DNA of 64,000 nucleotides from Eledone cirrhosa (GCA_964016885.1 OZ024744.1:62186001-62250000), one strand, 5' to 3'; positions 27,778 to 47,012 are shown, counted from the stretch's first letter. Translations and numbers: made by a program. The notes: generated by a model not told the origin, from the letters alone.

Positions 27778-28997
27778 CTAGTTTGTAGGAAAGAAAATAA
27801 GGCGGCGGTCCCTTCTGGAAATGGTCGTGCTCGGTGTGTAGGAAAGGCGTAGGTAGAAACTCCATTTTATGTCCTAAATGCAAAGTATGGTGCATAAAAG
27901 ATGTAGTGGGATCACAGGTAAGCTAACTAAGAACATAGATTTTACATGTGGCCGGTGCTCTCCGGTAGCAATAAGTAGCAGCAAGTGCCCCAAAATACTA
28001 GCTCTTTCAATTGCGCAGAGGGTTCTATAGAAATAGTGGACAGTTTCCGTTACCTGGGTGATAAAATCAGCAGTGGGGGAGGGTGCTCTGAAAGTACAGT
28101 AGCTAGAGTCAGAACTGGTTGGAAAAAGTTTAGAGAGCTTATACCACTATTAGCTGCTAAAGGGTTCTCCCTAAAAATGAAAGGCAGGTTGTACGATGCC
28201 TGCATACGAACAGCAATGTTGCATGGCAGTGAGACCTGGGCATTGTGTGCAGAGGATATACGCAGACTAGAGAGGAACGAAGCTTGCATGCTCCGCTGGA
28301 TGTGTAACAGTAATATACGTGAACAGCAAAGCATAAACGAACTAAGGAAAAAATTAGAAATAAGAGGGATCAGATGTTGTTTACTCGAGAGAAGGCTACG
28401 TTGGTATGGACACGTGATGCGCATGAAAGTCGATAGCTGTATAACAAAGTGCAGGGCAATAGAGATAGACGGTAGCCACGGAATAGGCAGACCTAGAAAA
28501 ACGTGGGACGAGCTGATAAACTCCGACCTCACACACTTACACCTCTTCAAGGCAATGTCACTGGACCGAGACCTTTGGCGGTACTCAGTAACAGAGAAGA
28601 CCCGCCTTACCTAAATACATAGTAAAACCTACTACAGCCAGTAGGCATCTCTAACAAAATAACGCCCCCCCCCCCCCCCCGTCCCACCACCACGTTCTAT
28701 GTAAAGTTATGTTGGTGCCACACCATCCAGGCCGAAACAAATGAGATCGTGTGGGTGCCACGACAAAAAAAACACACAGTCCACGCTGTAATGTGGCCGT
28801 GTAGGCAACACGGTAAAAACCTCCCAGACCCACACTGTAAATGTGGTTGGTGTTAGGAAGGGCATTCAACTGTAGAAAACCTGCCAGACAGTCCTATGCG
28901 AGCAAGACAACCACTCTTGCCTCAAGTGGGACTACCCCCGTCCAAACCCATGCAAGCGTGGAACACGGACGTTAAACGTTGATGATGATGATGATGA

Positions 28998-29000
<3 letters not shown>
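27778..29000 (+). mobile_element. Young 5'-truncated RTE LINE (PHD-like finger, RT thumb, 3' UTR, (GAT)n tail)
   Basis: ORF 27985-28614 ([31 protein letters not shown]); flanked by (TA)n on both sides. Confidence 0.95.
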
Positions 29001-29033
<33 letters not shown>

Positions 29034-29154
29034 CACACACACATGTATAAGTATACATGTATATCAAAGAGCCATGCATAGTTTAATATATTATAATACC
29101 TAATTAATACCAATATTTACATTACTCCCCAAGATGGACCAATTATAGGTAATA

Positions 29155-29727
29155 CTAGCAGAATGGCCCGGCGTTGTTCGGGATTTGCTCTAGGGTTCTT
29201 ATATATTTGATATATATTTATCCTTATCGAGCCTTGTGAAATAAATACGTTTGTTTATATTTTGTTATTGCGTATGCAAAAATATCTGTACACGAACATA
29301 TAATTTATATATATATATATATTAAAATAACAGATTAAAGTTTAAGCAAAGAATCGCTGCTTTCACCCTTAACGGGATCTTCTGAAACTAAAAAAAAATC
29401 AATCTGTGAACGCAGAAGCAAATATTTCAAAAAACGTTACACACTATATATATATATACACACACACACAATATATACATATATACATACACACACAGCA
29501 TCATAATGCCGTAATGTAGACAGATATAAGGGGGCAACATTATATCTATGTATCTATCTAAAAAGAAAGAGTAAGAATTATAGAGAGAGATCGCCTAATG
29601 CGGTCCCTAGGGCATTGAAAATTCGAAGGACCATAAGTATTACATGTGTAAAGTTTGAAAACAATCGCTTGGGTAGTTCTCGAGTTTTCGGGAGACAGAC
29701 AGACATTCACTGTTTTAAATATATAGA
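29155..29727 (-). mobile_element. Non-autonomous Helitron
   Basis: On the minus strand A|TC...subterminal hairpin (cccggcgttgttcggg on +)...CTAG|T, no TSD, with gacagacagac near the 5' end. Confidence 0.7.
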
Positions 29728-30137
29728 TATTTGAGTGAAAACATTTGTAAATATACATTAATTGCTGTTCTACATGGTGTAAAACAACTTTTGGAACAAT
29801 AAACTCTTTAATATTAGATGAAATTTTTGTCCAATAAAAATCATAAATAGTACTATAACTTTTTCCCCAAAAGTTTCTTTAAAATAAGGCTGTGTCTTAT
29901 ACATCAGAATGTCACTAAACCAATTTCAACGAGATGTTAGGTTTACCTGGGCAATGGACAATGTGACAGTTGTCAGGTAACTAACTAGGTTCATTTTGAG
30001 ATGTTGTCAATGTCAATGAAACTACACTAATTATTAACATTATTAATCTAACCAATTTTCTGTAGTAATCAATCCAATAAAATAGCACATTACATGATTT
30101 ATAGTTAGTCTTCAATTTTTTCTAAAAGATTTTTTAA

Positions 30138-30338
30138 CCCTTTAGTATCTACTACATTACTCTATAGTTACTATTGTATTTTCATAGTAAAGGTTTTACC
30201 TCACATAATATCAAAGCTACGAGATTTTGATGTTATTTATTTTTAGAACAATACCTTAATACTGGTATGAGCAGCTGGTTTGAATAGAAAGATGTGAGAG
30301 AATTCTGGCCGGATACGGCTGGTTTAAATGCTAAAAGG
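30138..30338. mobile_element. piggyBac-like MITE
   Basis: ttaa-ccctttag...ctaaaagg-ttag. An oppositely oriented relative starts at about 58972. Confidence 0.6.
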
Positions 30339-31092
30339 TTAGTAAAGATATTTATTCTTAAATAAATGAGGTAATAAATCACATTCCTTGGGCTAAATAT
30401 TTTATGTTTAGAAACTGAAAACACTGTCAAATAAACTGATAAATCATAAAACCAATGGATCATATATGACTTCCAGGTTATAACTATGACCTGCTTGTAA
30501 CTTCATATATAGCATGCTTTAGTTTCCCATCCTACCTATCATTAATTCGTAAATAACATTTGTGAAGACCTGATCAGGAAGTTGGTGGCTCTGCTTGAGT
30601 ACAGACCCAGTCTGTAAAGACCCAATTAAACTTTGCTATCAGAAAAAAACAAGACATTAAACGATGGTGGTGATAATGGTTAAGGAGTAGCCCATCAAAA
30701 ATGGCATGGAAAATATTAATATGATTGTGGATCAAGATAAATACTGATTTAGACCTATTCCCTAGTTTGACAAATAAGGACCAGTACTTCACTTGACCTT
30801 TCATATTTAGAAGTAAACCATTAATAAGTAATGAGGTCCAACTCCACCACGGTTCTTGTGATATTCATGCTTTCCCTTTCGGAATAAACAATAACAGTTA
30901 TGAGTGTGAATTTAATGTGGTTAGCATACCTTTAGTTTTACGCTTGACATAGTAGGAAAAGAGTCTTAACATTTAGGATGCTAGTCCTTCACCAGAAGAA
31001 ATAGAAAGATTGAGGAGACAGGCAAGGTGGATGCAGGAGAAAACATTTTTTAGAGAAAAATAACACGTCCATTCATATATATATATATATAT

Positions 31093-31680
31093 CATGAAAG
31101 TCGATAGCTGTATAACAAAGTGCAGGGCAATAAAGATAGACAGTAGTCACGGAATAGGCAGACCTAGAAAAACCTGGGACGAGCTGATAAACTCCGACAT
31201 CACACACTTACACCTCTCCAAGACAATGTCACTGGACCGAGACCTTTGGCGGTACTCAGTAACAGAGAAGACCCGCCTTACCTAAATATATAGTAAAACC
31301 TACTCCAGCCAGTAGGCATCTCTAACAAAATACACCCCATCCCATCACCACCACCCCCACCCCATCCACACCACCCCGTTCTATGTAAGGTTATGTTGGT
31401 GCCGCGCCATCCAGGCCGAAACAAATGAGATCGTGTAGGTGTCACGACAAAAAAACACACAGTCCACGCTGTAATGTGGCCGTGTAGGCAACACGGTAAA
31501 AACCTCCCAGACCCACACTGTAAATGTGGTTGGCGTTAGGAAGGGCATCCAACTGTAGAAAACCTGCCAGACAGTCCTATGCGAGCAAGACAATCACTCT
31601 TGCTTCAAGTGGGACTACCCCCGTCCAAACCCATGCAAGCGTGGAACACGGACGTTAAACGTTGATGATGATGATGATGA
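31093..31680 (+). mobile_element. Young 5'-truncated RTE LINE 3' end
   Basis: Nearly identical to 28423-29000; begins in (TA)n and ends in (GAT)n. Confidence 0.95.
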
Positions 31681-31980
31681 TCATCATCATCATCATTTTA
31701 CGTCCGCTTTTCCCTGCTTGCAAGGGTGCGACGGGTCCTATTCAGCAAAGCATCTCTCCATTCGTCACGGTCCTTCGACATCATCTCCCTGAGTTTCAGC
31801 GATAGGTCAGCTCTCACCACCTCCACCCATCATTTTTGTGGTCTTCCTCTACATCTTCCTTCTACTGGGATTTCTTGGCACTTCTTTACCCGGCGGCCAT
31901 CCTCCATGCGCATCACATGTCCATACCAATGCAGTCTTCTCTCCCACACACTACAGCTTATCCCTTTTATACACAGTTTC
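31681..31980 (-). mobile_element. RTE LINE 3' end of a different family, tail-to-tail with the previous copy
   Basis: The minus strand encodes [19 protein letters not shown]...RGRPQK.W...DLSLKL.EMSKDRDEWR and ends in (GAT)n. Confidence 0.8.
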
Positions 31981-33262
31981 ATTCATATATATATATTTAC
32001 TCTATATATTATGTATCTGGTTTAGTATAGATGGACTGCATTTCTGCAACTTAGAGATGACTAAAAGCATTGCTGCATCAAGAAGGGCACCTGGCTGCAA
32101 AATATTGCCTAAAAAATGACACCATGGTGAATATTAAGCTTATCATAGGACTTGTTGGGCTAACCTTTGCTTTAGCAAGGAAAATGATCTTAAAACACTT
32201 GTATTTATATATGAAAAAAAAATTGTGAAGAGGAAAACCTGAATATAAGGCCAACTCACTTGTTCCATTAATCAGCTACTAAATTGATAAATGGCGATGG
32301 ATAAGCAGCAAAAGCTATAATTTTGTATACTTCCTGCTCTTATTAAGTCAATCACAATAGAACTGTTAGAGACACAGGTGTGAACAGTGAAGATATCTTC
32401 ATGTGAATTGTAAATATATGTATTAAATATATATTTAAGAAATGCAAGCATGATTTCAGAATGTATATTTAGAAATATTCAATCAAGAATCTCTTTCAGT
32501 TAAATATTTGAAAATAGACATTTGCATTGAGTCACAGATTACATAAACTTAAATGATTAGTCTCTAGCTTAAGATCACTTGACCTGCTAGAATCAGCAGT
32601 CAGATTTCCCACCCTACACCAAATCCTACCTTTTTATATAAGGAAAAAACATTAGAAAGTGTAGTCAGTTTAGCATGCCACTAAAAAGATGGGGTGATCA
32701 CTATTGACATGTCTTTGATCATACCGTGCTTGACCTGGCACTAAACAACAACAATAACAGCAATGTCAATGCAAAGAAGAACGCTTCAGATAACGTTGGA
32801 AAGTCTTTGACACTATGTAGCTGACACATGAGGCTTAACCAGCAGCAACAAATAGTTTGCAATATCCAATCTAAATAAATATTAACATGTATAAAACGGA
32901 TGCATCCTTATGCACACACATAAATAGTGTCTCACTCTAAATATAGCAAATGAAAAGACTTAAATCAACCAAGACTACTCTCACAGTTTTAAGATCTGAA
33001 TTTGAGGTGTGCAGCAAATAATGAGAAGCAAGCAAAATAGAGCTATAGCCCAAATTGATACAAGATTTTTTTTAAAAAATCAATTTAAGACAATGCGGTG
33101 AGAATGGAACTTGTGATTATGCCAATATGGCAAAAAGAATAGACAACAGCCCATCTAGCCGTGGAAGCACGGAAAATAGACATTAAATAGTGATAATGCT
33201 TCGACCTTATTAGATCTCAGTGAAACATTTACTTATGAAGTCTATCTAGTCTGGAATACAGT

Positions 33263-33722
33263 CATACATGTATATATATATATATATACATATATATGCA
33301 TATACACATATACATATACATATACACGTATATACATATATATACACATATATACATATACACATATATACATATATATACACATATATACATATACACA
33401 TATATACATATATATACACATATACATATACATATACACATACATATACATATACACATATATATATACATATACACATATATATATACATATACACATA
33501 TATATATACATATACACATATATATATACATATACACATATATATATACATATACACATATATATATACATATACACATATATATATACATATACACATA
33601 TATATATACATATACACATATATATATACATACATATATATATATACATATATATATACATATACACATATATATATACATATACACATATATATATACA
33701 TACATATATATATATACATATA

Positions 33723-33753
<31 letters not shown>

Positions 33754-35034
33754 ATACATATACATATATATATACGTATACATATATATATACATATATA
33801 CGTATACATATACATATATATATATATATATACATATATACGTATACATATATATATACATATATATATATACATATACATATACATATATATATACATA
33901 TATATATACATATACATATATATATACATATATATACATATATATATACATATATATATATATACATATATATACATATATATATACATATACATATATA
34001 TATACATATATATATATATACATATATATACACATATACATATATATATACATATACATATATATATATATACATATATATATACATATACACATACATA
34101 TATACATATATATATATACATATACACATACATATATGTATATACATATACACATACATATATGTATATACACATACACATATATATACATATACAGATA
34201 AATACACATATATATATATATACACATATATATATATATACACATATATATATATATACACATATATATATATATACACATATATATATATATACACATA
34301 TATATATATATACACATATATATATACACATATATATATATATACACATATATATATACACATACATATACACATATATATATACACACACATATATATA
34401 TACACACACATATATATATATACACATATATATATATACACATATATATATACACATATATATATACACATATATATATACACATATATATATACACATA
34501 TATATATACACATATATATATACACATATATATATACACATATATATATACACATATATATATACACATATATATATACACATATATATATACACATATA
34601 TATATATACACATATATATATACACATATATATATACACATATATATATACACATATATATATACACATATATATACACATATATATATATATACATATA
34701 TATACATATATATATATATACATATATATATATACATATATATACATATATATATATATACATATATATATATACATATATATATATACATATATATATA
34801 TACATATATATATATACATATATATATATACATATATATATATACATATATATATATACATATATATATATACATATATATATATATACATATATATATA
34901 TACATATATATATATATACATATATATATATACATATATATATACATATATATATACATATATATATACATATACACATATATACATATACACATATATA
35001 TATACATATACACATATATATACATACACACATA

Positions 35035-35070
<36 letters not shown>

Positions 35071-35131
35071 CATATACACATATATGTATATACACATATA
35101 TACACATATATGTATATACACATATATACAG

Positions 35132-35162
<31 letters not shown>

Positions 35163-35217
35163 CACATATATGTATATACACATATATACACATATATGTA
35201 TATACACATATATACAG

Positions 35218-35250
<33 letters not shown>

Positions 35251-35260
35251 CATATACACA

Positions 35261-35322
<62 letters not shown>

Positions 35323-35889
35323 CATATATATATATACATATACATATATATATACATATACATATATATATATATATACATATACACATATATATATATA
35401 TACATATACACATATATATATATACATATATATACACATATATATATACATATATATACATATACATATATATACATATATATTTATACACATATATATA
35501 TATACATATATATACATATATATACATATATATACATATATATACATATATATACATATATATACATATACATATATATACATATACATATATATACATA
35601 TACATATATATACATATACATATATATACATATACATACATATACATATATATACATATATATACATATACATATATATACATATATATACATATATATA
35701 CATATACATATATATACATATATATATATATACATATACATATATATATATATATATACATATAAATATACACACATATATATACACATATATACACATA
35801 TATATACATATATATACATATACATATATACATATATATACACATATATATACATATATATATATACATATATATACACATATATACAC

Positions 35890-35920
<31 letters not shown>

Positions 35921-35937
35921 CATATACATATATACAC

Positions 35938-35968
<31 letters not shown>

Positions 35969-35987
35969 AATATACATATATACACAC

Positions 35988-36030
<43 letters not shown>

Positions 36031-36169
36031 TACATATATACACACATATATATATATACACATATATATATATAAATATATATATATATACACATATATA
36101 TATACACATATACACATATATATATATAAATATATATATATATACACATATATATATACACATATACAC

Positions 36170-36212
<43 letters not shown>

Positions 36213-36267
36213 CACATATATATATATATACACATATATATATATATACACATATACACATATAAAC

Positions 36268-36298
<31 letters not shown>

Positions 36299-36401
36299 CA
36301 TATACACATATATATATACACATATATATATATACACATATACACATATATATATATATATACATATATACATATACACATATATATATATACATATACA
36401 C

Positions 36402-36432
<31 letters not shown>

Positions 36433-36522
36433 CATATACACATATATATATATACATATACACATATACACACATATATATATATATATATACACATATA
36501 TATATATATATACATATATATA

Positions 36523-36610
<88 letters not shown>

Positions 36611-36641
36611 CACATATATATATATATACATATATATATAC

Positions 36642-36674
<33 letters not shown>

Positions 36675-36924
36675 CACATATATATATATATACATATATA
36701 TATACATATATATATATATATACATATATATATACATATACATATATATACATATACATATATATACATATACATACATATACATATACATATATATATA
36801 CACATATATATACATATATATACATACATATACATATATATATATATATACATATATACATATACACACATATATATATATATATATACACATATATATA
36901 TATATATACATATATATACACATA

Positions 36925-36958
<34 letters not shown>

Positions 36959-37303
36959 CACATATATATATATATACATATATATATACATATATATATA
37001 TATATACATATATATATACATATACATATATATACATATACATATATATACATATACATACATATACATATACATATATATATACACATATATATACATA
37101 TATATACATACATATACATATATATATATATATACATATATATATACACACATATATATATACATATATATATATATATACACACATATATATATACATA
37201 TATATATATACATACACATATATATATATACATACACATATATATATATATATACATATACACATATATATATACATATATATATATACATATATATATA
37301 TAC

Positions 37304-37352
<49 letters not shown>

Positions 37353-37818
37353 CATATATATATATACATATATATATACATATATATATACATATATATA
37401 TATATACATATATATATATACACATATATATATATACATATATATATATACACATATATATATATACATATATATATATACACATATATATATATACATA
37501 TATATATATACACATATATATATATACATATATATATACACATATATATATATACATATATACATATATATATATACATATATACATGTATATACATACA
37601 TATATATACATACATAAATATACATACTTATATATATATACACACATAAATATACATACTTATATATATATACACATATATACATACATATATATATATA
37701 CACATATATATATATATACATATACACATATATATATACATATATATACATACATATATATATATATACACGTATATATATATAAATACAATATATATAT
37801 ACACACATATATATATAT

Positions 37819-37859
<41 letters not shown>

Positions 37860-38484
37860 TATATATATACACATATATATACACACATATATATATATAT
37901 ACACATATATATATATATATATACACATATATATATATATATATACACACATATATATATATATATACACATATATATATATATATATACACATATATAT
38001 ATATATATATACACATATATATATATATATACACATATATATATATATATATACACATATATATATACACATATATATATATATACACATATATATATAT
38101 ATATATACACATATATATATATATACACATATATATATATATATACACATATATATATATATATATACACATATATATATATATATATACACATATATAT
38201 ATATATATATACACACATATATATATATATATACACATATATATATATATATATACATACATATATATAATTACACATATATATATACATATATATACAT
38301 ACATATATATATATACACAAATATATATACATATATATACATACATATATATATATATACACATATATATATACACATATATATATACACATATATACAT
38401 ACACATATATACATACATATATATATACACATATATATATATATACATATATATACATATATATATACATATATATATACATAT
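33263..38484. repeat. Giant compound (TA)n/(CATA)/(CACATA) microsatellite, block 1
   Basis: Read directly; alternating purine-pyrimidine, almost no G on +. Confidence 0.99.
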
Positions 38485-39058
38485 CTATCTAAGGCGGGTA
38501 AAATTCCCGAGATCCATGGACGAGTTCTCTCCAGCGGTCTCTGTCCCTCATTATCGCTGCCATATCCTGCATCTCCAACAGACCAGTGTCTGTCCTTAGG
38601 GCATCAACATATGTTAACCTTGGTCTTCCTCTTCTAGTGTGTCAATGTAGGGGCTCCCAAAGGAGCACTGAGTGCAATGTCAACTCTGGATGTCGGTGAG
38701 CATGTCCAGCCAACCTCAGTCTTCTCTGTGTCACTTTTGAACTGACTTTTGGGATGCTCCCATACAGCTCTGAGTTTTTCATCCTCAGTGTATACTGATT
38801 AATGTTCAAAGCCATCCTCAGCATTCTCGTGTAGCACCCATCCACCATCTGAGTGAGTCTCTTGGTCAGTGTCCAAGTCTCAGACCCATACAGCAGCACG
38901 GATTGAAATAGATTGGGAATACGGAAGATGATGTGGTTGAGAGGAAGAGCAAGGCCTGGGCGGCGTGTCACAGCTTGAGATCGGTGTGGAAGTCAGACCT
39001 TCGTAGAGACCTGAAAATCCGCCTCTTCATTGCTGTAGTGGAGTCTGTGCTGCTCTAT
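38483..39058 (-). mobile_element. RTE-clade LINE 3' end with an inverted 5' segment
   Basis: Minus strand 38489-38902 reads SVLLYGSETWTL...RRLRLAGH...GRP..TYVD. Plus strand 38909-39058 reads [16 protein letters not shown]...[15 protein letters not shown], the directly preceding part of the same ORF. Confidence 0.85.
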
Positions 39059-43148
<4,090 letters not shown>

Positions 43149-45069
43149 ACTCTTTTACTCTTTTACCTGTTTCAGCCATCCGGCTGAGGCCATGCTGGGG
43201 CACCGCCCTTGTTGCTACACATTTTATCTCCAGCCCGTATAGGTTGGCCACTGGTGTAGGAGGGAGTTTGTTGCTGCTGCCCTTAGGTTTCCCTCGTGTC
43301 TTGCTGTGGGCTCATCCGGGATCCTGGATAACAAGGTGTCGAGATGTTTCTTAAAGACATCCACCTCCACGTCATGCAAGTCTCGCAGATGCCTCGGCAG
43401 CCTGTTGAAGAGTTGAGGGCCCTTGAATCCCAGGCTATTGCAATACCTGCTCCTTATTCTAGATGTGGAAGACGGGACCTTTGGCACCACACAGTGACGT
43501 CCTGTTCGACGGTTGGTCCAGCTCCCAATGCCAAAGTTTGGTGCTAGTCCCTCCAGGATTTTCCACATGTAGATCACTGCGTATCTCTCCCGTCTTCGCT
43601 CCAAGGAGTAGAGGTTCAGTTCCTTCAGCCTCTCCCAGTAGCTTGTCTCCCTCATCTTGGCAATCCTCTTGGTGTAGCTTCGCTGGATTGCCTCAAGCTC
43701 TGTGGTTAGTTTGACACTATGGGGTGACCACAGCTGGGAGCAGTAGTCCAGGCGGCTTAGGACAAAAGTCCTCCACAGTGTCAACATGGTGTCTCGATCT
43801 CTTGTAAGGAAAGTCCTCAAGATCCAGCCAGCGAATCGTCTACATGCTGTCGCCACCTTCATGATGTGTGAAGAAAAAGATGCATCATCGCTCATGTCTA
43901 TGCCCAGGTCTCGTATCAATTTTGACACGGGGATATCGGTCCCTCCTGGTCCTGTGTAGCTGTGTTCCGCTATATTTGTGTTTGTGTTTGCAGGTTTGTA
44001 TTGTAGGGCTTGGAATTTGCCAGCATTAAACTGCATGTTGTTTTCTTCCGCCCATCTGTATATGGCATCCAGATCCTGCTGTAAGAGGGCAGCGTCAGCC
44101 GGGTTTTTGATTGCCTGTGCTACCTTAGTGTCATCAGCATAGCTAGTGAGGGATATTGTTGCATGCACCACAGAGGGCATGTCCGAGAGAGCCACCAAAA
44201 ACAGTAGTGGTCCCAGGACTGTCCCCTGAGGCACCCCACTTGTTATCGGTGTTTCCCTCGAGAGGGCCCCATTTGCTGCGACTGCCTGGCTTCTGTCCCT
44301 TAGGAAGCCATGCAGCCACTCACCTACTTTTCCAGTTATGCCGAGTCCGTGTAGTTTGTGACATATTCCGTGGTCGACCTTGTCAAAGGCCTTCGCAAAG
44401 TCAAGATATATCACGTCTACATGTGAGCTGTCTAGTAGTTGTCTCAGTACCCAGTCGTAGTGATGTAGCAGCTGTGTAAGGCAGCTTCTTCCTGGGCGGA
44501 AGCCATGTTGCGTGCTAGTCAGGCGGTCATTTTCTTCGAGGAAAGTGATTAGTTTCTTTCTGACGACTCGCTCCATGACCTTACTGATATGCGACGTCAG
44601 GGAGACTGGCCTATAGTTCTTGGCCTCCGCTCTACTACCTCCTTTATGGATAGGGCATATTGTGCCTTCTTTCAGCTCCCTGGGTAGTACACCGCTAGCC
44701 AAGGAGCTTCTGAAGAGCATCTTCAGTGGAGTTGCTAAGGCCCGCTTACATATTTTTAGGAGAACTGCTGGGAATCCATCAGGTCCAGCAGCCGAGTCTG
44801 TTCTAATTTCATCAATGGCGTACACCACCTCCTCTTCCGTTATGTCTATGTGGTTGATGGTTGCCATTTCTTGATGTAGTGTTGTGGCATCAAAGAACTC
44901 CTCTGGCTTCGTTATTTGCATGTGCCTCAGTGGACATGTGAAGACACTTTTGTACTGTTCGTTCAGTATTTCACATATCTCTTGGGGATTTTCGGTTAAT
45001 GAACCGTCCGTGTGGAAGAGTGGTCCAATCTTGCAGTGTACTGAGGCAGTTTCTTTTGCAAATTTAAAG
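43149..45069 (-). mobile_element. CR1-clade LINE, 5'-truncated, uninterrupted RT ORF of about 615 codons (stop at 43224)
   Basis: [64 protein letters not shown] and [10 protein letters not shown]; 3' octamer repeat (GTAAAAGA)2; no endonuclease domain. Confidence 0.95.
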
Positions 45070-45094
45070 ATACATATACATATACATATATATA

Positions 45095-45127
<33 letters not shown>

Positions 45128-45333
45128 ATATATATACATATATACATATATATATATACATATACATATACATATATATATACATATATATATACATATA
45201 CATACATATATATATATATATACATACATATATATATATATATACATACATATATATATATATATACATATATATACATATATATATATATATACATATA
45301 TATACATATATATATATATATACATATATATAC

Positions 45334-45364
<31 letters not shown>

Positions 45365-45749
45365 CATATATATATACATATATATATACATATATATATA
45401 CATATATACATATACATATATATACACATATATATACACATATATATATACATATATATATACATATATATATACATATATATATACATATATATATACA
45501 TATATATACACATATATATATACATATATATACACATGTATATACATATATATATACATATATATATACATATATATACATATATATATACATATATATA
45601 TATATACATATATATACATATATATATACATATATATACATATATATATACATATATATATATACATATATATACATATATATACATATATATATATGCA
45701 TATATATATATATATATATGCATATATATATATACATATATATATACAC

Positions 45750-45780
<31 letters not shown>

Positions 45781-46233
45781 CATATATATATATGCATATA
45801 TATATATACATATATATATACACATATATATATATACATATATATATATGCATATATATATATGCATATATATATACACATATATATATATACATATATA
45901 TATATGCATATATATATACACATATATATATATATACATATATATATATGCATATATATATACACATATATATACATATATATATATGCATATATATATA
46001 CACATATATATACATATATATATATGAATATATATATACACATATATATACATATATATATATGCATATATATATATACATATATATGCATATATATATA
46101 TGCATATATATATATACATATATATGCATATATATATATGCATATATATATATACATATATATATACATATACATATATATATACATATATATATACATA
46201 TATATATACATATACATATACATATACATATAT

Positions 46234-46280
<47 letters not shown>

Positions 46281-46562
46281 TATATACATATATATATACA
46301 TATATATATACATATATATATATACATATATATATATACATATATATATACATATATATATACATATATATATATACATATATATACATACATATATATA
46401 TACATACATATATATATACATACATATATATATATACATACATATATATATACATACATATATATATACATACATACATATATATATACATACATACATA
46501 TATATATACATACATACATATATATATACATACATATATATACATATATATATATATACATA
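45070..46562. repeat. Compound TA/CA microsatellite, block 3 (with TGCA variants)
   Basis: Read directly. Confidence 0.99.
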
Positions 46563-46605
46563 TACAATATTAAATAAATGGAAACTATATTTATAAAACC
46601 ATATT

Positions 46606-46671
46606 TATTTCATTATATATATTTCAGGGATATCATATTAACAATATGCTATGCCTTCCTCAGACAAAATA
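46606..46671 (-). ncRNA. Identical hammerhead ribozyme fold on the minus strand
   Basis: Exact reverse complement of 46784-46849. Confidence 0.7.
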
Positions 46672-46783
46672 CAATATAAACAGTTTTATAGATAAATAGA
46701 TTCGACATACCGTAACAACATCGACTTGTATTTGAAAAGGTTGATTTGGTCGAATCTATTTATCTATAAAACTGTTTATATTG

Positions 46784-46849
46784 TATTTTGTCTGAGGAAG
46801 GCATAGCATATTGTTAATATGATATCCCTGAAATATATATAATGAAATA
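46784..46849 (+). ncRNA. Type-I hammerhead ribozyme fold
   Basis: Stem I tattttgt/atgaaata (8 bp, 2 GU); core CTGAGGA (46792-46798); stem II aggcatagcatatt-gtt-aatatgatatccct (2 mismatches); GAAA (46830-46833); palindromic stem III TATATA; cleavage triplet AUA ending at 46841. Confidence 0.7.
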
Positions 46850-47012
46850 AATATGGTTTTATAAATTTAGTTTCCATTTATTTAATATTGTAAATATACT
46901 CCAAATATTTGTCGAGTGCTTTTATATCAGTTATAAATATTTACTAGTTGTAACCCAACAATTTAAATATAACTTTCCATATATATAAAAATATATATAT
47001 ATACATATATAC

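Larger units (their letters stand above)
46563..46985. mobile_element. Penelope-like pLTR remnant in inverted arrangement (144-bp arms 46563-46706 and 46749-46892, 42-bp spacer)
   Basis: The arms are reverse complements with one mismatch and contain a hammerhead core. The distal end 46941-46985 recurs inverted at about 4815-4858. Confidence 0.65.

Noticed and set aside
32240-32296. Minus-strand INGT followed by gtgagt as the second FHA exon
   Set aside because: In-frame stops lie immediately upstream and there are no HAV/KDL motifs.
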